64,000 nucleotides of DNA from an uncultured delta proteobacterium (GCA_963760795.1 CAVXEP010000018.1:15241-79240), one strand, 5' to 3'; positions 1 to 9,096 are shown, counted from the first letter of the stretch. A program made the numbers and translations. Notes: generated by a model not told the origin, from the sequence alone.

Positions 1-67
1 AAAGTTCCGATAAACGCCCTTCGGTAACCGAATAAGGCAAACCACCGACATATAATTTACTACCCAT
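1..67 (-). CDS. RRM-type RNA-binding protein, N-terminal 22 codons only (gene continues past window start)
   Basis: Minus-strand ATG at 65-67 with GGAGGA 6 nt upstream. It reads MGSKLYVGGLPYSVTEGRLSEL, the RNP-2 type hexamer that opens bacterial RRM/Rbp proteins. Confidence 0.55.
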   Translation of the reverse strand, partial: MGSKLYVGGLPYSVTEGRLSEL

Positions 68-453
68 GTTGTCCTCCTATGAGACAGTGTTGAAGTCTGT
101 GATCCTGAGAATCTAACTGCTAAAGAGGCAGAAACTGGGCCCGTAAAAAACTAAAACCCTGCTCTGGTCGGATGGTCATTTAGAAATTGCTATCAGAGGA
201 TAGAGACGGAAAGAAGCCTTCATATTTTTCGGTCCTCTCAGAAGGCCATATACTGAAGAAGATGATTCACAGTACGGGTTACTCGCCGTGAAGTCAACCA
301 CCGCTGGCAAAATAGCAAAAATATAAATTCGGCCGATATTTTACCGAGAAAATCGCAAGCCCAGTTTTTCAGCGCCGCGGCAACCCTAATCACATCTTGA
401 CTCCCACCCGCACCTATTAGAGAATCCGGCAAAATCCACTCAAGGAGATTTGC

Positions 454-1428
454 ATGATTACTTCCAACGATCTCAAGGGCATCATGACCATGATGCCGGC
501 GTTTACCAAGAAGGATGGCGATCGGATTGACGCGACGGATACGGTCGATACCGACGAACTGACTCGCACCGTCGATAAAATTATTAGCGACGGCGGTTGC
601 AACGTGCTGACGACCACCGGCAGTTTCGGCGAGTTTCATACGCTGCTCTGGGACGAGCATAAGAAGCTGATCGAGGCCACCGTAGCGGCGAACAAGCAGC
701 GCGTGCCGTTGTTTATCGGCTGTACCAATTTGAATCCGCGCGAGGCGATCCGCCAGGCCAAGTTCGCTCAAGACGCCGGGGCTGACGGCGTGCTGCTCGG
801 CGTGCCCTTCTATTATCAAGCGAGCGTCGATAACGCGGTGCAGTTTTACCACGACGTCGCCGACGCATTGCCGAAGATGGGCGTGATGATCTACCACAAC
901 CCAACCCATCATCGCGTGACGATCCCGGTAAGCGCGTTTAAAAAGCTCACCGAGAAGCCCAACATCGTCGCCATGAAGGACAGCCACCGCACGCCGCTGC
1001 AATTTGTCGAGTTGACCAACATCACCAAGGGCAAGATGAGCCTCTTCGTCAACCAGACGCAGATGTATCCGTATTACCAAATGGGCGCGGCGGGCTGCTG
1101 GTCGTTCAATGTCTGGATGGGACCTTCACCGGTGATGACTTTGCGCGATGCTTGCGTGGCCCAGAACTGGGAGCTCGCCAAGCAAATTTGTCTCGATCTC
1201 GAAGGCGTCAACCGCGTTGGCCCCAACATCGGCAATCTCGTCTGGCGCGAAAACGTTTTCAAACTGGCCGTCAACGAAGCCGACTACTGCACCGCCGGGC
1301 CGCTGCGCGCGCCCTGGCGAGTTGTTCCCGACGAGGTCAAAGACAATAGCAAGAAGATCGCGGCTTACTGGAAAACCTTGTGCGCCAAGTATCCGATGAT
1401 TAAAGAGGCTGCGCGCAAGTCGGCATAG
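454..1428 (+). CDS. DapA / N-acetylneuraminate lyase family class I aldolase (dihydrodipicolinate synthase-like)
   Basis: ATG 454 with AAGGAG upstream; 324-aa ORF. Family hallmarks: TTGSFGEF, GADGVLLGVPFYY, and Schiff-base lysine context VAMKDS. Confidence 0.85.
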   Translation: MITSNDLKGIMTMMPAFTKKDGDRIDATDTVDTDELTRTVDKIISDGGCNVLTTTGSFGEFHTLLWDEHKKLIEATVAANKQRVPLFIGCTNLNPREAIRQAKFAQDAGADGVLLGVPFYYQASVDNAVQFYHDVADALPKMGVMIYHNPTHHRVTIPVSAFKKLTEKPNIVAMKDSHRTPLQFVELTNITKGKMSLFVNQTQMYPYYQMGAAGCWSFNVWMGPSPVMTLRDACVAQNWELAKQICLDLEGVNRVGPNIGNLVWRENVFKLAVNEADYCTAGPLRAPWRVVPDEVKDNSKKIAAYWKTLCAKYPMIKEAARKSA

Positions 1429-1433
1429 CTATT

Positions 1434-1465
1434 CGTTCAAGGTTCAAGGGTTCAAAAGTTCAACG
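1434..1465 (+). repeat. Short tandem array of ~9-bp CGTTCAA-type units
   Basis: cgttcaagg ttcaaggg ttcaaaag ttcaacg, directly after the stop at 1428. Same unit as at 3944, 15901, 27462, 29006 and 37329. Confidence 0.7.
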
Positions 1466-1473
1466 TCAGAGTC

Positions 1474-1509
1474 GAAGCCCCTCGGTTCAAACCGGGGGGC
1501 TTCTTTTTT
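1474..1509 (+). terminator. Intrinsic terminator after the dapA-like gene
   Basis: GAAGCCCCTCGG / loop TTCAAA / CCGGGGGGCTTC stem followed by TTTTTT. Confidence 0.7.
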
Positions 1510-1623
1510 GTTGTCGCAGTCTAGCCTGACCAAGACCCCTATTACCTTATTACCTGCTGGACCTTCGCCCTAATTTCGTTATAAATGAAAGCATTGAGCC
1601 AAACCCAATCAGAGGGAGAATAT

Positions 1624-2713
1624 ATGAGTACCGCACAAAAAATTATCGACGGCGACGGCCATGTGGTCGAGGACATCGCGTCGATCGTCAAGTACATGCC
1701 ACAGGAGTATGTCGCCCGGAGCTTTTCCGAAGCGCGCGGCAAGAACCCCTTTCCGCCCATCGACCATCTCCATTCGGCGAACCGCCACATCACGCCGCCG
1801 GGCGCCTTCGCCAACGTCGGCCGCGAGGGCTGGGAGCTGTTTCTTGAAGATGTCGGTATCGGCACCACGGTGCTCTACACCAGCGCCGGTCTCGCCTTCG
1901 GCAAGATCGTCAGCCGCGACTGGGCCATCGAGCTGGCGCGCGCCTATAACAATTGGCTGCACGATACCTATCTCTCGAAGAGCCCACGCTTCAAGGCGAT
2001 GGGCTTGATCCCGCTGCAAGATCCGACGGAAGCGGTGATCGAGTTGCGCCGGATCGTCCGCGATCTTGGGTTTCTCCGGCGCCATGCTGCCCTCCATGGG
2101 CGTCAACATGCCGCATTTGGGCTCGCAGAAATATTGGCCGATTTACGGCGAGGCGGAAAGACTGGGCTGCGCCATCGCCATCCACGGCGGCGCCCATGAG
2201 AATTTGTTGATGGACGACATGAGCCCCTACGCGGTGCCCAACGCGCTCGGCCATCCGATGAGCCAGATGATCGCCTTCGCCGGCATTATCTTCAACGGCA
2301 TCTTCGACAAATTCCCCGGCCTGCGCATCGGTTTCATGGAAGCCGGCTGTGCCTGGCTGCTCACCTGCATGGAGCGCTTCAACGGTTCCTGGGCGAGCCA
2401 CGTGCAGCACGATCCGCGCGGCCGTTTCTTGCAGTTGAAGAAAGGCGAGAAGATCATCGACTATATCAACCGTCACATCGACGAAGGACGCATCTTCGTC
2501 GGCTGCGAAGGGGAAGAACTGAGCATCAGCGAAGCCGTGCGTATCACCGGCAACAAGCCCTATCTTTTCTCCACCGACTATCCCCATGAAGTCGATGCCG
2601 CAGACCTGCAAGCATGAGCTCGAAGAGCTGCGCGAGAACCCGAATCTCAAACCGGCGGACAAGGACGCAATCCTGTTCGGCAACTCGAAGAGGTTTTATC
2701 AGTTGGCGAATTG
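1624..2713 (+). pseudogene. Amidohydrolase-2 family (ACMSD/LigW-type metal-dependent hydrolase/decarboxylase), paralog 1, two frame breaks
   Basis: GAGGGAGA RBS plus ATG 1624 (MSTAQKIIDGDGHVVED). The sequence continues through ORF 1585..2199, then ORF 2066..2617, then a third frame to TGA 2711-2713 (ELEELRENPNLKPADKDAILFGNSKRFYQLAN). It is colinear with the paralog at 2839..3931. Breaks are at about 2072 (T run) and about 2597. Confidence 0.75.
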
Positions 2714-2731
2714 ACCCGCTCGCCGCGAGCG

Positions 2732-2802
2732 GGTCGTTCTGAGCGCCTGCGAAGGACTCGACGTTAGACAAGATTCTTCGTCGCTGCGCTTCTCAGAATG
2801 AC
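2732..2802. repeat. MITE-like inverted repeat (GTCRTTCTGAG...CTCAGAATGAC family)
   Basis: Left arm gtcgttctgagcgcctgcgaaggactc pairs with right arm gattcttcgtcgctgcgcttctcagaatgac. Related arms occur at 8205, 16311, 24687 and 26806. Confidence 0.65.
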
Positions 2803-2838
2803 GATCTTGGCAAGGACCAGCTTTTAGGAGAGAAAGCC

Positions 2839-3931
2839 ATGAGCACACAAGAAGCACAAAATCATCGACGGCGACGGCCATGTGGTGGAAGATCATTCGG
2901 CGATCGCCGGGCGCATGCCGGAAATTTATCGCGACCGCTTCGGCTCGAGCCGCAGCCCCTATCCGCCCAACGACCACTTGCACTCGGCCAACGCCCACAC
3001 TTTACCTCCCGGCGCCTTCGCTAAAGTCGGCCGCGAAGGCTGGATCGACTTCATGGACGATGTCGGCTTGACCAGCACCGTGCTCTACCCGACCAATGGT
3101 TTGTCCTTCGGCCGCGTCGTCAGTCTCGACTGGGCGATCGAGCTGGCCCATGCCTACAACGATTGGATGCATGACGAATACCTTAGCAAAAGTTCGCGCT
3201 TTCAGGCCTTGAGCCTGATCCCGCTACAGGAACCGCCGGAAGCGGTGAAAGAGCTGCGCCGTAGCGTAAAAGAACTCGGCTTCTGCGGCGCCATGCTGCC
3301 CAGCACCGGCGTCGCCGGCGCGCAGAATCATCTCGGCGATGAAAAGTATTGGCCGATCTATGAAGAGGCCAATCGTCTCGGCTGTTGCATCGGCATTCAC
3401 GGCGGCGTCCACGATAATATGGGACTCGACGACATGACACCCTATGCGCCGGTCAATGCGCTGGGCCATCCCTTCGGCCAGATGGTCAATTTTTCAGGGA
3501 TTCTGTTCAACGGCGTGTTCGACAAGTATCCCAAAGTCCGCTTCGGTTTCATGGAAGCCGGCGCCGGTTGGTTCGTCAACTGTATCGAGCGGCTGGAGCG
3601 TGCCTGGAACAGCCATGTGCAATATGACCCGCGCGGCCGGTTTTTAAAACTGAGAGAAAAAGAATCGATCACCGACTACATCAAGCGCCATGTCGACGAA
3701 GACCGCATCTTCGTCGGTGTCGAAGGCGACGAGCTGACCTTGCCGTTCGCGGTCAGCGTGGTCGGCAATAAGCCGTTTGTCTTCTCGTCGGACTTTCCGC
3801 ACGAGGTCAATAACGAAACCTGCAAGGAAGAACTCGAAGAGCTGGACGAAAACCCGCGGCTCACGAAAGACGACAAAGACGGTGTGCGCTACCGTAACGC
3901 CGAGCGCTTCTACGGCCTGCCGGCGAACTAA
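2839..3931 (+). CDS. Amidohydrolase-2 family protein, paralog 2 (apparent 1-nt slip in codons 7-8)
   Basis: AGGAG RBS plus ATG 2839 (MSTQEAQ). The conserved KIIDGDGHVVED continues in the frame of ORF 2882..3931. The slip lies in the A run at 2858-2861. No canonical start exists in the downstream frame before GTG 2882. Confidence 0.85.
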
Positions 3932-3943
3932 GAAAACCCGGCA

Positions 3944-3987
3944 CGTTCCAATCGTTCAAAACGTTCAAGCCGTTCAAAACGTTGACG
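3944..3987 (+). repeat. Tandem array of 9-bp CGTTCAARN units (5 units)
   Basis: cgttccaat cgttcaaaa cgttcaagc cgttcaaaa cgttgacgg, 13 nt after the stop at 3931. Confidence 0.75.
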
Positions 3988-4042
3988 GGAACGATTCGCA
4001 ATCGGATACTAACCGCAAAGCATGCCCTGAGCACAACACCTT

Positions 4043-4066
4043 CCCTCTCCCGCAAGCGGGCGAGGG
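4043..4066. repeat. REP-like GC hairpin
   Basis: ccctctcccgcaagcgggcgaggg: nested stems ccctc/gaggg and cccgc/gcggg. Confidence 0.5.
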
Positions 4067-4089
4067 TTCAGATTTTAGGGAACTTATTT

Positions 4090-5079
4090 GTGAAAAATGC
4101 CACGCAAACAATTCTACTTCTCGGCACGCTGGTTATTTCGTTTTTCGCGACCACTGCGATCAATGCTCAATCCCTAACCAACTTCCGCATCGCCAACGGC
4201 ACCAGCGGCGAAAACCCCGCGGTGCTCTGGGTCGGCGTCGAGCTGGGTTTTTACCGCAAACACGGCTTGAACGTTGAGGTCATCTACATGCGCGTCGGAT
4301 CGCTCGCCGCATCGGCATTGTTGTCCGGAGATGTGAATGCGGTCCTGACCAGCTCCAACGCCGTGTTGAATCTCGCCGCCGGAGGCTTGGATGTAGTGAT
4401 CATCGGCTCACTGTTCCAACGCCCCGAAGGTGACTTCATGGCGCGCCCCGAGTTCAAGAGACCGGAGGATCTCAAGGGCAAATTGGTTGCGATCCAGAGT
4501 ATCGGCGGCGGCGGTTGGGCGAACAATATCCTGGCCTTGGATTACCTTGGCCTCGATCCCGACCGCGACAACATCCGTTTCATCGTGCTCGGCGATCAGC
4601 CTTCGCGCATCCAAGCACTCGAAACCGGCCGTGCCCAAGCCTCCTGGATGGGCTCGACCTTCAGCGCGCCGCTCAAGAAAAAGGGCTACACGCTGCTGGT
4701 CGATTTAAGCCGCGCGCCGATCCCCTACGTTGGCTCGTCCTTGGTGGTCAAAAAGAGCATCGCGCATCAGGAACCGAGAACCTACGAAGCGTTGCTCAAA
4801 GGTACTATCGATTCGCTGCGGTTCTTTCAAAAACCGGAAAACAAATCGGTCGTACTAAAGACCATGGCAAAGCATCTCAGGCTCAACCGCGTCGAAGACG
4901 CTGAAACCGGCTACCACGCGATGGTAGCGGCTTACAGCAGCGATTTGACGCCTAAACCTGAAGGCCTGCAAAAAATCTACTCCATTCTGACCCGAACCAA
5001 TGCCAAGCTCTCAACGTTGAAGCCTGAATCGATTCTTGACGCCACATTTATACAGAGAATCCAGTCGAGCGGTTACTAA
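4090..5079 (+). CDS. NMT1/THI5-like (NitT/TauT-type) ABC substrate-binding protein with signal peptide
   Basis: GTG 4090 gives VKNATQTILLLGTLVISFFATTAINAQS, a signal peptide. The body resembles nitrate/sulfonate/bicarbonate-type binding proteins (GFYRKHGLNVEVIYM..., KGKLVAIQSIGG). The longer 3982 start would run through the repeat region. Confidence 0.75.
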   Translation: MKNATQTILLLGTLVISFFATTAINAQSLTNFRIANGTSGENPAVLWVGVELGFYRKHGLNVEVIYMRVGSLAASALLSGDVNAVLTSSNAVLNLAAGGLDVVIIGSLFQRPEGDFMARPEFKRPEDLKGKLVAIQSIGGGGWANNILALDYLGLDPDRDNIRFIVLGDQPSRIQALETGRAQASWMGSTFSAPLKKKGYTLLVDLSRAPIPYVGSSLVVKKSIAHQEPRTYEALLKGTIDSLRFFQKPENKSVVLKTMAKHLRLNRVEDAETGYHAMVAAYSSDLTPKPEGLQKIYSILTRTNAKLSTLKPESILDATFIQRIQSSGY

Positions 5080-5227
5080 ACTTGTCGCGACAAAGCCGGG
5101 ACCATGCAGCGAGCGGATTTCAGCATCGAGGGCACAGCGCGACAGAACCGCAACCGAAACTCGGATTATCGCTCGCAAAGGCCGGAGCATAACGGCAAGA
5201 TTCACGCTCAAAACTCTTAGTCTTTTC

Positions 5228-5270
5228 TCTTCGAACTTGGCCACTTTGCGCCTTGGCGGGAAAAATTCTT
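5228..5270. repeat. Copy of the TTTGCG..CTT(G/A)GCGG intergenic element
   Basis: cgaacttggccactttgcgccttggcgggaaaaattcttcg resembles the right arms at 23204-23235 and 24770-24805. Confidence 0.45.
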
Positions 5271-5295
5271 CGTGTTTAACCAGAGAGGAGGATTC

Positions 5296-5683
5296 ATGAT
5301 CGCCCATGTAGGCATCATCGTCAGCGACATCGAGCGCAGTAAGAAATTTTACACCGCGGCGCTAAAACCGATCGGCTACCAGATGATCCGCGAGTATGGC
5401 GTCACGCCGACGCGGCCGGCCGCCGAGCGCCGGCTTCGGCGAACCGCCGCGCGCCGATCTGTGGATCTACCAGGGCGATCCCGGCCGCGTCACGACACAC
5501 ATTGCATTTCAAGTGAACCAACGCGCCTTGGTCGATGCCTTCTACGCCGCGGCGATGGCGGCCGGCGGCAAAGACAATGGTCGGCCGGGACTCCGGCCGC
5601 AGTACAGCGCTAACTATTATGGCGCCTTTGTCCTGGATCCGGACGGTTACAATGTCGAAGCGGTATGTAGAGAGGCGGAGTAA
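5296..5683 (+). CDS. VOC/glyoxalase-fold protein (one apparent frameshift near 5415)
   Basis: GAGGAGG RBS plus ATG 5296 (MIAHVGIIVSDIERSKKFYTAALKPIGY). The C-terminal part lies in ORF 5396..5683 (AGFGEPPRADLWIYQG...FVLDPDGYNVEAV). Confidence 0.65.
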
Positions 5684-5722
5684 CTTGCGCCATCTGCCGG
5701 CGCGACCGTTGAAGGTTTGAAC

Positions 5723-5923
5723 TTATTGATCCTGCGCCGCGTACTTGCGATTGGTATTGGAGTTTCTCGCCAGCCAGTTCTCAATCAACCTGCGTTTGAA
5801 GCGCCACTGATTGCCGACTTTGAAAGCCGGTAGATCCTTGTCCGACAGCAGCCGATACACGGTAAACTTGTCGACGTTTAAATATTCAGCGACCTGTTCC
5901 AGGGTCAGTAGCTGCTCGGGCAT
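5723..5923 (-). CDS. Excisionase-family (MerR-like) helix-turn-helix DNA-binding protein
   Basis: 66 aa: LLTLEQVAEYLNVDKFTVYRLLSDKDLPAFKVGNQWRFKRRLIENWL matches the excisionase-type HTH pattern. No integrase is nearby. Confidence 0.7.
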   Translation of the reverse strand: MPEQLLTLEQVAEYLNVDKFTVYRLLSDKDLPAFKVGNQWRFKRRLIENWLARNSNTNRKYAAQDQ

Positions 5924-6137
5924 TATGCGCGTCCTCGAAGATTGCTTAGTCTCCTATCAAAGCCATCCGATGTCATTCATAGAAAAGAGCGGACATTTTG
6001 GCGACCAGTTTAATATTTCAATGCGGGGGGAATAGCAAGAGCACCATAGCCCCTGTTTGAAGCTGGAAATGACCGCGCCGTGCGGGTTATAAGCCGGTTC
6101 TCGCCCGGCAACAATCCCCGCGGGCCCGTCAGCCGGA

Positions 6138-6482
6138 TTACTTCGCCGCGCAAACAGTGATCTCGACCATGGTTCCCGGCGTCAGGACGGCGCCCACGGC
6201 GGTCCGTGTCGGTAAATTTCCACGATCGACCCACGCCATCCAGGCCTCGTTCATCGCGTCTTTGAGCGCCGCATCCTGCATGTAAACGGTCACGCTCAAG
6301 ATGCGCGATTTACTGGTACCCGCCTGCGCCAACACGGCATCGATCTTTTTCAACACCTGCGCCGTTTGCCCCTTCATGTCGAGCGACTTGTCGTCGGCGA
6401 CCATGCCGGAGCAAAACACTAGATCGCCGAACACCGCGGCATTGCAGTTCCATTCGCGCGGATTGATTCGTTGAATGTCCAT
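6138..6482 (-). CDS. RidA/YjgF/UK114 family protein
   Basis: MDIQRINP... with VFCSGMVA, KILSVTVYM, PTRTAVGA and VEITVCA motifs. The internal ATG at 6482 is preferred over 6515. Confidence 0.8.
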   Translation of the reverse strand: MDIQRINPREWNCNAAVFGDLVFCSGMVADDKSLDMKGQTAQVLKKIDAVLAQAGTSKSRILSVTVYMQDAALKDAMNEAWMAWVDRGNLPTRTAVGAVLTPGTMVEITVCAAK

Positions 6483-6667
6483 ATATCTACCCTCCCAAGC
6501 TAAGAGAGCAACCACAGGAGGTTGCCCCTACAAGTCTGAATCTACTTCGCATTGCAAATCAAAATTTATGCTCTCTGCACAAGTTGTGTCGTCGGGCGAT
6601 CACCGCTCCGCCACCCCAGGGGGCGTATGCCATACACCCCTACATTCGGATTTTCTCTTGGAATCTA

Positions 6668-6708
6668 TTTTGCGCCCTTTGCGTTCTCTGCGGCCAATCC
6701 TCCGAATC
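6668..6708. repeat. TTTGCG(Y)CCTTTGCGTTCTYTGCGGCCAAT element
   Basis: ttttgcgccctttgcgttctctgcggccaatcctccgaatc, just 3' of the amidase stop. Near-identical copies occur at 19901 and 21956. Confidence 0.7.
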
Positions 6709-6715
6709 TTTATTT

Positions 6716-8101
6716 CTAGATCGCCGGCCGCTTCTCATACCATTTCATCTGCTGCTGATAGGTGTAGCCGGCGCGCAGCACCGTGACTTCGTCAAACGGC
6801 CGGCCGACGATTTGCAGGGCAATCGGTAAATTATTTTCTGAGAAGCCGCAGGGCACCGACAGGGTCGGCAGACCGGTGAGGTTAAACGGCCCGTGGAATT
6901 CCGGCACCACATGCTTGAAGAGCGTGTCAATCGGTCCGACATCTTCGACCCGCGGCGCCGGACCGTTTTGGTTGGGCAGCGCCAGGCAATCGACTTTCTC
7001 AAACACCTGCGCCAACTCGGCGCGGCAGCGGCTGCGGATGCGTTGCGCCTGAATGTAGTCGGAGGAATTGGTCAATAGGCCGAGATAAATCCGCGCCCGC
7101 CGCTGCGCCGCCCCGGTTTCCAATACCGACGCCGCTGCACCGCGGTTGGCCGCCCAGAATTCATTGTAATAGATCACCGCGTTGGCGATGGTGGCAAGAT
7201 GGAGCGTCGGCACTTTGACTTCTTCGATGCGCGCGCCGAGGGCTTTGAGCTGGGCGATCGCTTCGTCGACGCGGCGCAGGACCACGGCATCGGTGCGCGG
7301 CGCGCATTCATCGATATAGTCGCGCGGCACGCCGATGACCATGCCTTTCACGTCTCCTTTCAAAGCGCTGGTATAATCGACCACCGGCTGGGCACTCGAT
7401 GTCGGATCTTTGGCATCGTGACCGGCTAGAGCGTTGAGCATGTGCGCCAGATCTTCCACCGCGCGCGCCATCGGCCCGCAGTGATCGAGCGACCAGCTGA
7501 GCGGCGCCAGGCCATGCCGGCTGACCCGCCCATAGGTCGCTTTGAGTCCGGCGATGCCGCAGAACGCCGACGGATTACGAATCGAACCGGCGGTGTCTTC
7601 GCCAAGGGAACCCAGGCATAAACCGCCGGCCACCGCGGCGCCGGAACCGGTGCTCGAGCCGCCGGTAATATGATCGGTGTTCCACGGATTGCGCGGCAGC
7701 GGCAACTCCTCGCCCGGCATACTGCTCATGTGCAATTTACCCAACAGCACCGCGCCCGCCTCGCGCAACTTGCGCACCGGCGTGGCGTCACCTACACCTT
7801 GGGTAAATTGCCGCACCCGCGCCGGCGCGCCCTCGACATCGAGCTGGTCTTTCACTGCGAAGGGAATGCCATGCATCGGACCGCGCCAGTTGCCTTTGGC
7901 GATCTCCGCTTCAGCCGCGCGCGCCGCGTCCATGGCGCTGTCGGCCATTAAATTAATATAGGCGTGCAGCCTGCCGTCGACCGCGGCAATGCGGTCGAGC
8001 ACCGACTTGGTCAGTTCCACCGGCGAGAGCTTGCGCTCGCGAATCAGTTGCTGCGCTTCATGAATGGTTAAATAGTAAAGCGGTTTTTCGGCGACGGCCA
8101 T
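6716..8101 (-). CDS. Amidase-signature enzyme (GatA/AtzE-like amidase)
   Basis: Start MAVAEKP at 8101. Signature motifs GGSSTGSGAAVA and GEDTAGSIRNPSAFCG; PFAVKD catalytic Lys context. Confidence 0.85.
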   Translation of the reverse strand: MAVAEKPLYYLTIHEAQQLIRERKLSPVELTKSVLDRIAAVDGRLHAYINLMADSAMDAARAAEAEIAKGNWRGPMHGIPFAVKDQLDVEGAPARVRQFTQGVGDATPVRKLREAGAVLLGKLHMSSMPGEELPLPRNPWNTDHITGGSSTGSGAAVAGGLCLGSLGEDTAGSIRNPSAFCGIAGLKATYGRVSRHGLAPLSWSLDHCGPMARAVEDLAHMLNALAGHDAKDPTSSAQPVVDYTSALKGDVKGMVIGVPRDYIDECAPRTDAVVLRRVDEAIAQLKALGARIEEVKVPTLHLATIANAVIYYNEFWAANRGAAASVLETGAAQRRARIYLGLLTNSSDYIQAQRIRSRCRAELAQVFEKVDCLALPNQNGPAPRVEDVGPIDTLFKHVVPEFHGPFNLTGLPTLSVPCGFSENNLPIALQIVGRPFDEVTVLRAGYTYQQQMKWYEKRPAI

Positions 8102-8204
8102 GGCGAGTCTCCCTTCTTTTCTTTTACGCGTTACTGCCAAGCGAAGACGATATCCCTCGTTTCCCTCGGATTGACAGCCGCGGCGGCAGTCGCCGCTCCT
8201 CTCT

Positions 8205-8231
8205 GTCATTTCGAACGCAGCGAGAAATCTC
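8205..8231. repeat. Half-site of the GTCAT... inverted-repeat family
   Basis: gtcatttcgaacgcagcgagaaatctc lies between the small ORF and the amidase. Confidence 0.4.
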
Positions 8232-8242
8232 GTCTTAACGCT

Positions 8243-8428
8243 TCATTTCCACTCAGGTCGAAACACCGGACCCAACTCCTCGGAACCGAGATTCACCGAG
8301 TGCAGCTGTTTCAGATTTCCCATATACAGCTCGATGATATCGCTAAACTGCTCCAGATCGCCGGCTTTCGGTTCCAAGCCTTCGCGTTGGAGCACCGCTT
8401 TCAAATTCGCTTCGATCAATTTATCCAT
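8243..8428 (-). CDS. Small (61 aa) GatC/AtzG-like putative amidase partner
   Basis: GAGGAG RBS. It sits immediately upstream of the amidase on the same strand. The size and the acidic, helical pattern (IEANLKAVLQREGLEPKAGDLEQFSDIIELYMGNLKQL) resemble GatC/AtzG-type subunits. This is judged by eye only. Confidence 0.4.
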   Translation of the reverse strand: MDKLIEANLKAVLQREGLEPKAGDLEQFSDIIELYMGNLKQLHSVNLGSEELGPVFRPEWK

Positions 8429-8441
8429 CTCTCACTCCTCT

Positions 8442-9023
8442 TTAAGGTTTAGCCTCGGAAGCCGCAGCGCCCGGGACCACTGGCAACGGCACCTGATTTT
8501 TTACCGGCGGCAGACTGCGTAGATAAGCGAACATTGCTTGCAAATCCTCATCGGTCATCGCTTTGAAGGATTCCCACGGCATCGGCGGTAAAATGTCACG
8601 GCCATTGGCTTGGCCTTGATGCTTGCCCGTGCGCATCGCTCGAACGAAGTTTTCCTCGCTCCACTCGGCGATACCGGTCTCTTTGTCCGGTGTCAGATTG
8701 GCTGCGAAACTGACACCCCACGGGCCGGCCCATGCGGTCAACATCGGATTGGTCAACGCCAGCGCGTTGCGTTGTTTCATGTCTTCGGGCGTCCAAGTTG
8801 GATAGGCCGCCTTCTCCGGATGGCCGGACAACAAAAGTTTCTCATCCAACGCCGGTTTACCGCCCGGCCCTTCGGCTTTCGGCGAGTGACAATCATGACA
8901 ACCGGTAATCGTCACCAAATACTTGCCACGCTCCACCGGTGTCTGCGCGACCGGCCTTTTTTCCGCACATCCGACGACGGAGAATAAAGCGCCGAGTAAA
9001 AGTAATTTTCCGCGGATAGTCAT
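8442..9023 (-). CDS. Monoheme c-type cytochrome, lipoprotein-type signal peptide
   Basis: MTIRGKLLLLGALFSVVGC lipobox-like N-terminus; one CHDCH heme motif; distal PMPW / LQAMFAYLRSLPP region. The start (9023 vs 9104) is uncertain. Confidence 0.7.
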   Translation of the reverse strand: MTIRGKLLLLGALFSVVGCAEKRPVAQTPVERGKYLVTITGCHDCHSPKAEGPGGKPALDEKLLLSGHPEKAAYPTWTPEDMKQRNALALTNPMLTAWAGPWGVSFAANLTPDKETGIAEWSEENFVRAMRTGKHQGQANGRDILPPMPWESFKAMTDEDLQAMFAYLRSLPPVKNQVPLPVVPGAAASEAKP

Positions 9024-9096
9024 CGCCCCCAGTATTCCACTGCTGATCATTAAAATTCGGCGTCCCGTGCACAAACTTTGTTTCCAGATAAAGTTT

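Noticed and set aside
238-1080. 280-aa ORF on the minus strand
   Set aside because: It is antisense to the DapA-like gene and runs into AT-rich promoter DNA. No motifs.
3982-4089. Long N-terminal extension of the binding-protein ORF (start at 3982)
   Set aside because: The extension is translated from the CGTTCAA array and the REP-like hairpin. GTG 4090 yields a normal signal peptide.
5723-5923. Excisionase-like HTH as a marker of a prophage or integrative element
   Set aside because: No integrase, att-like repeats, phage genes or compositional shift are around it. It is more likely a stand-alone MerR-type regulator.
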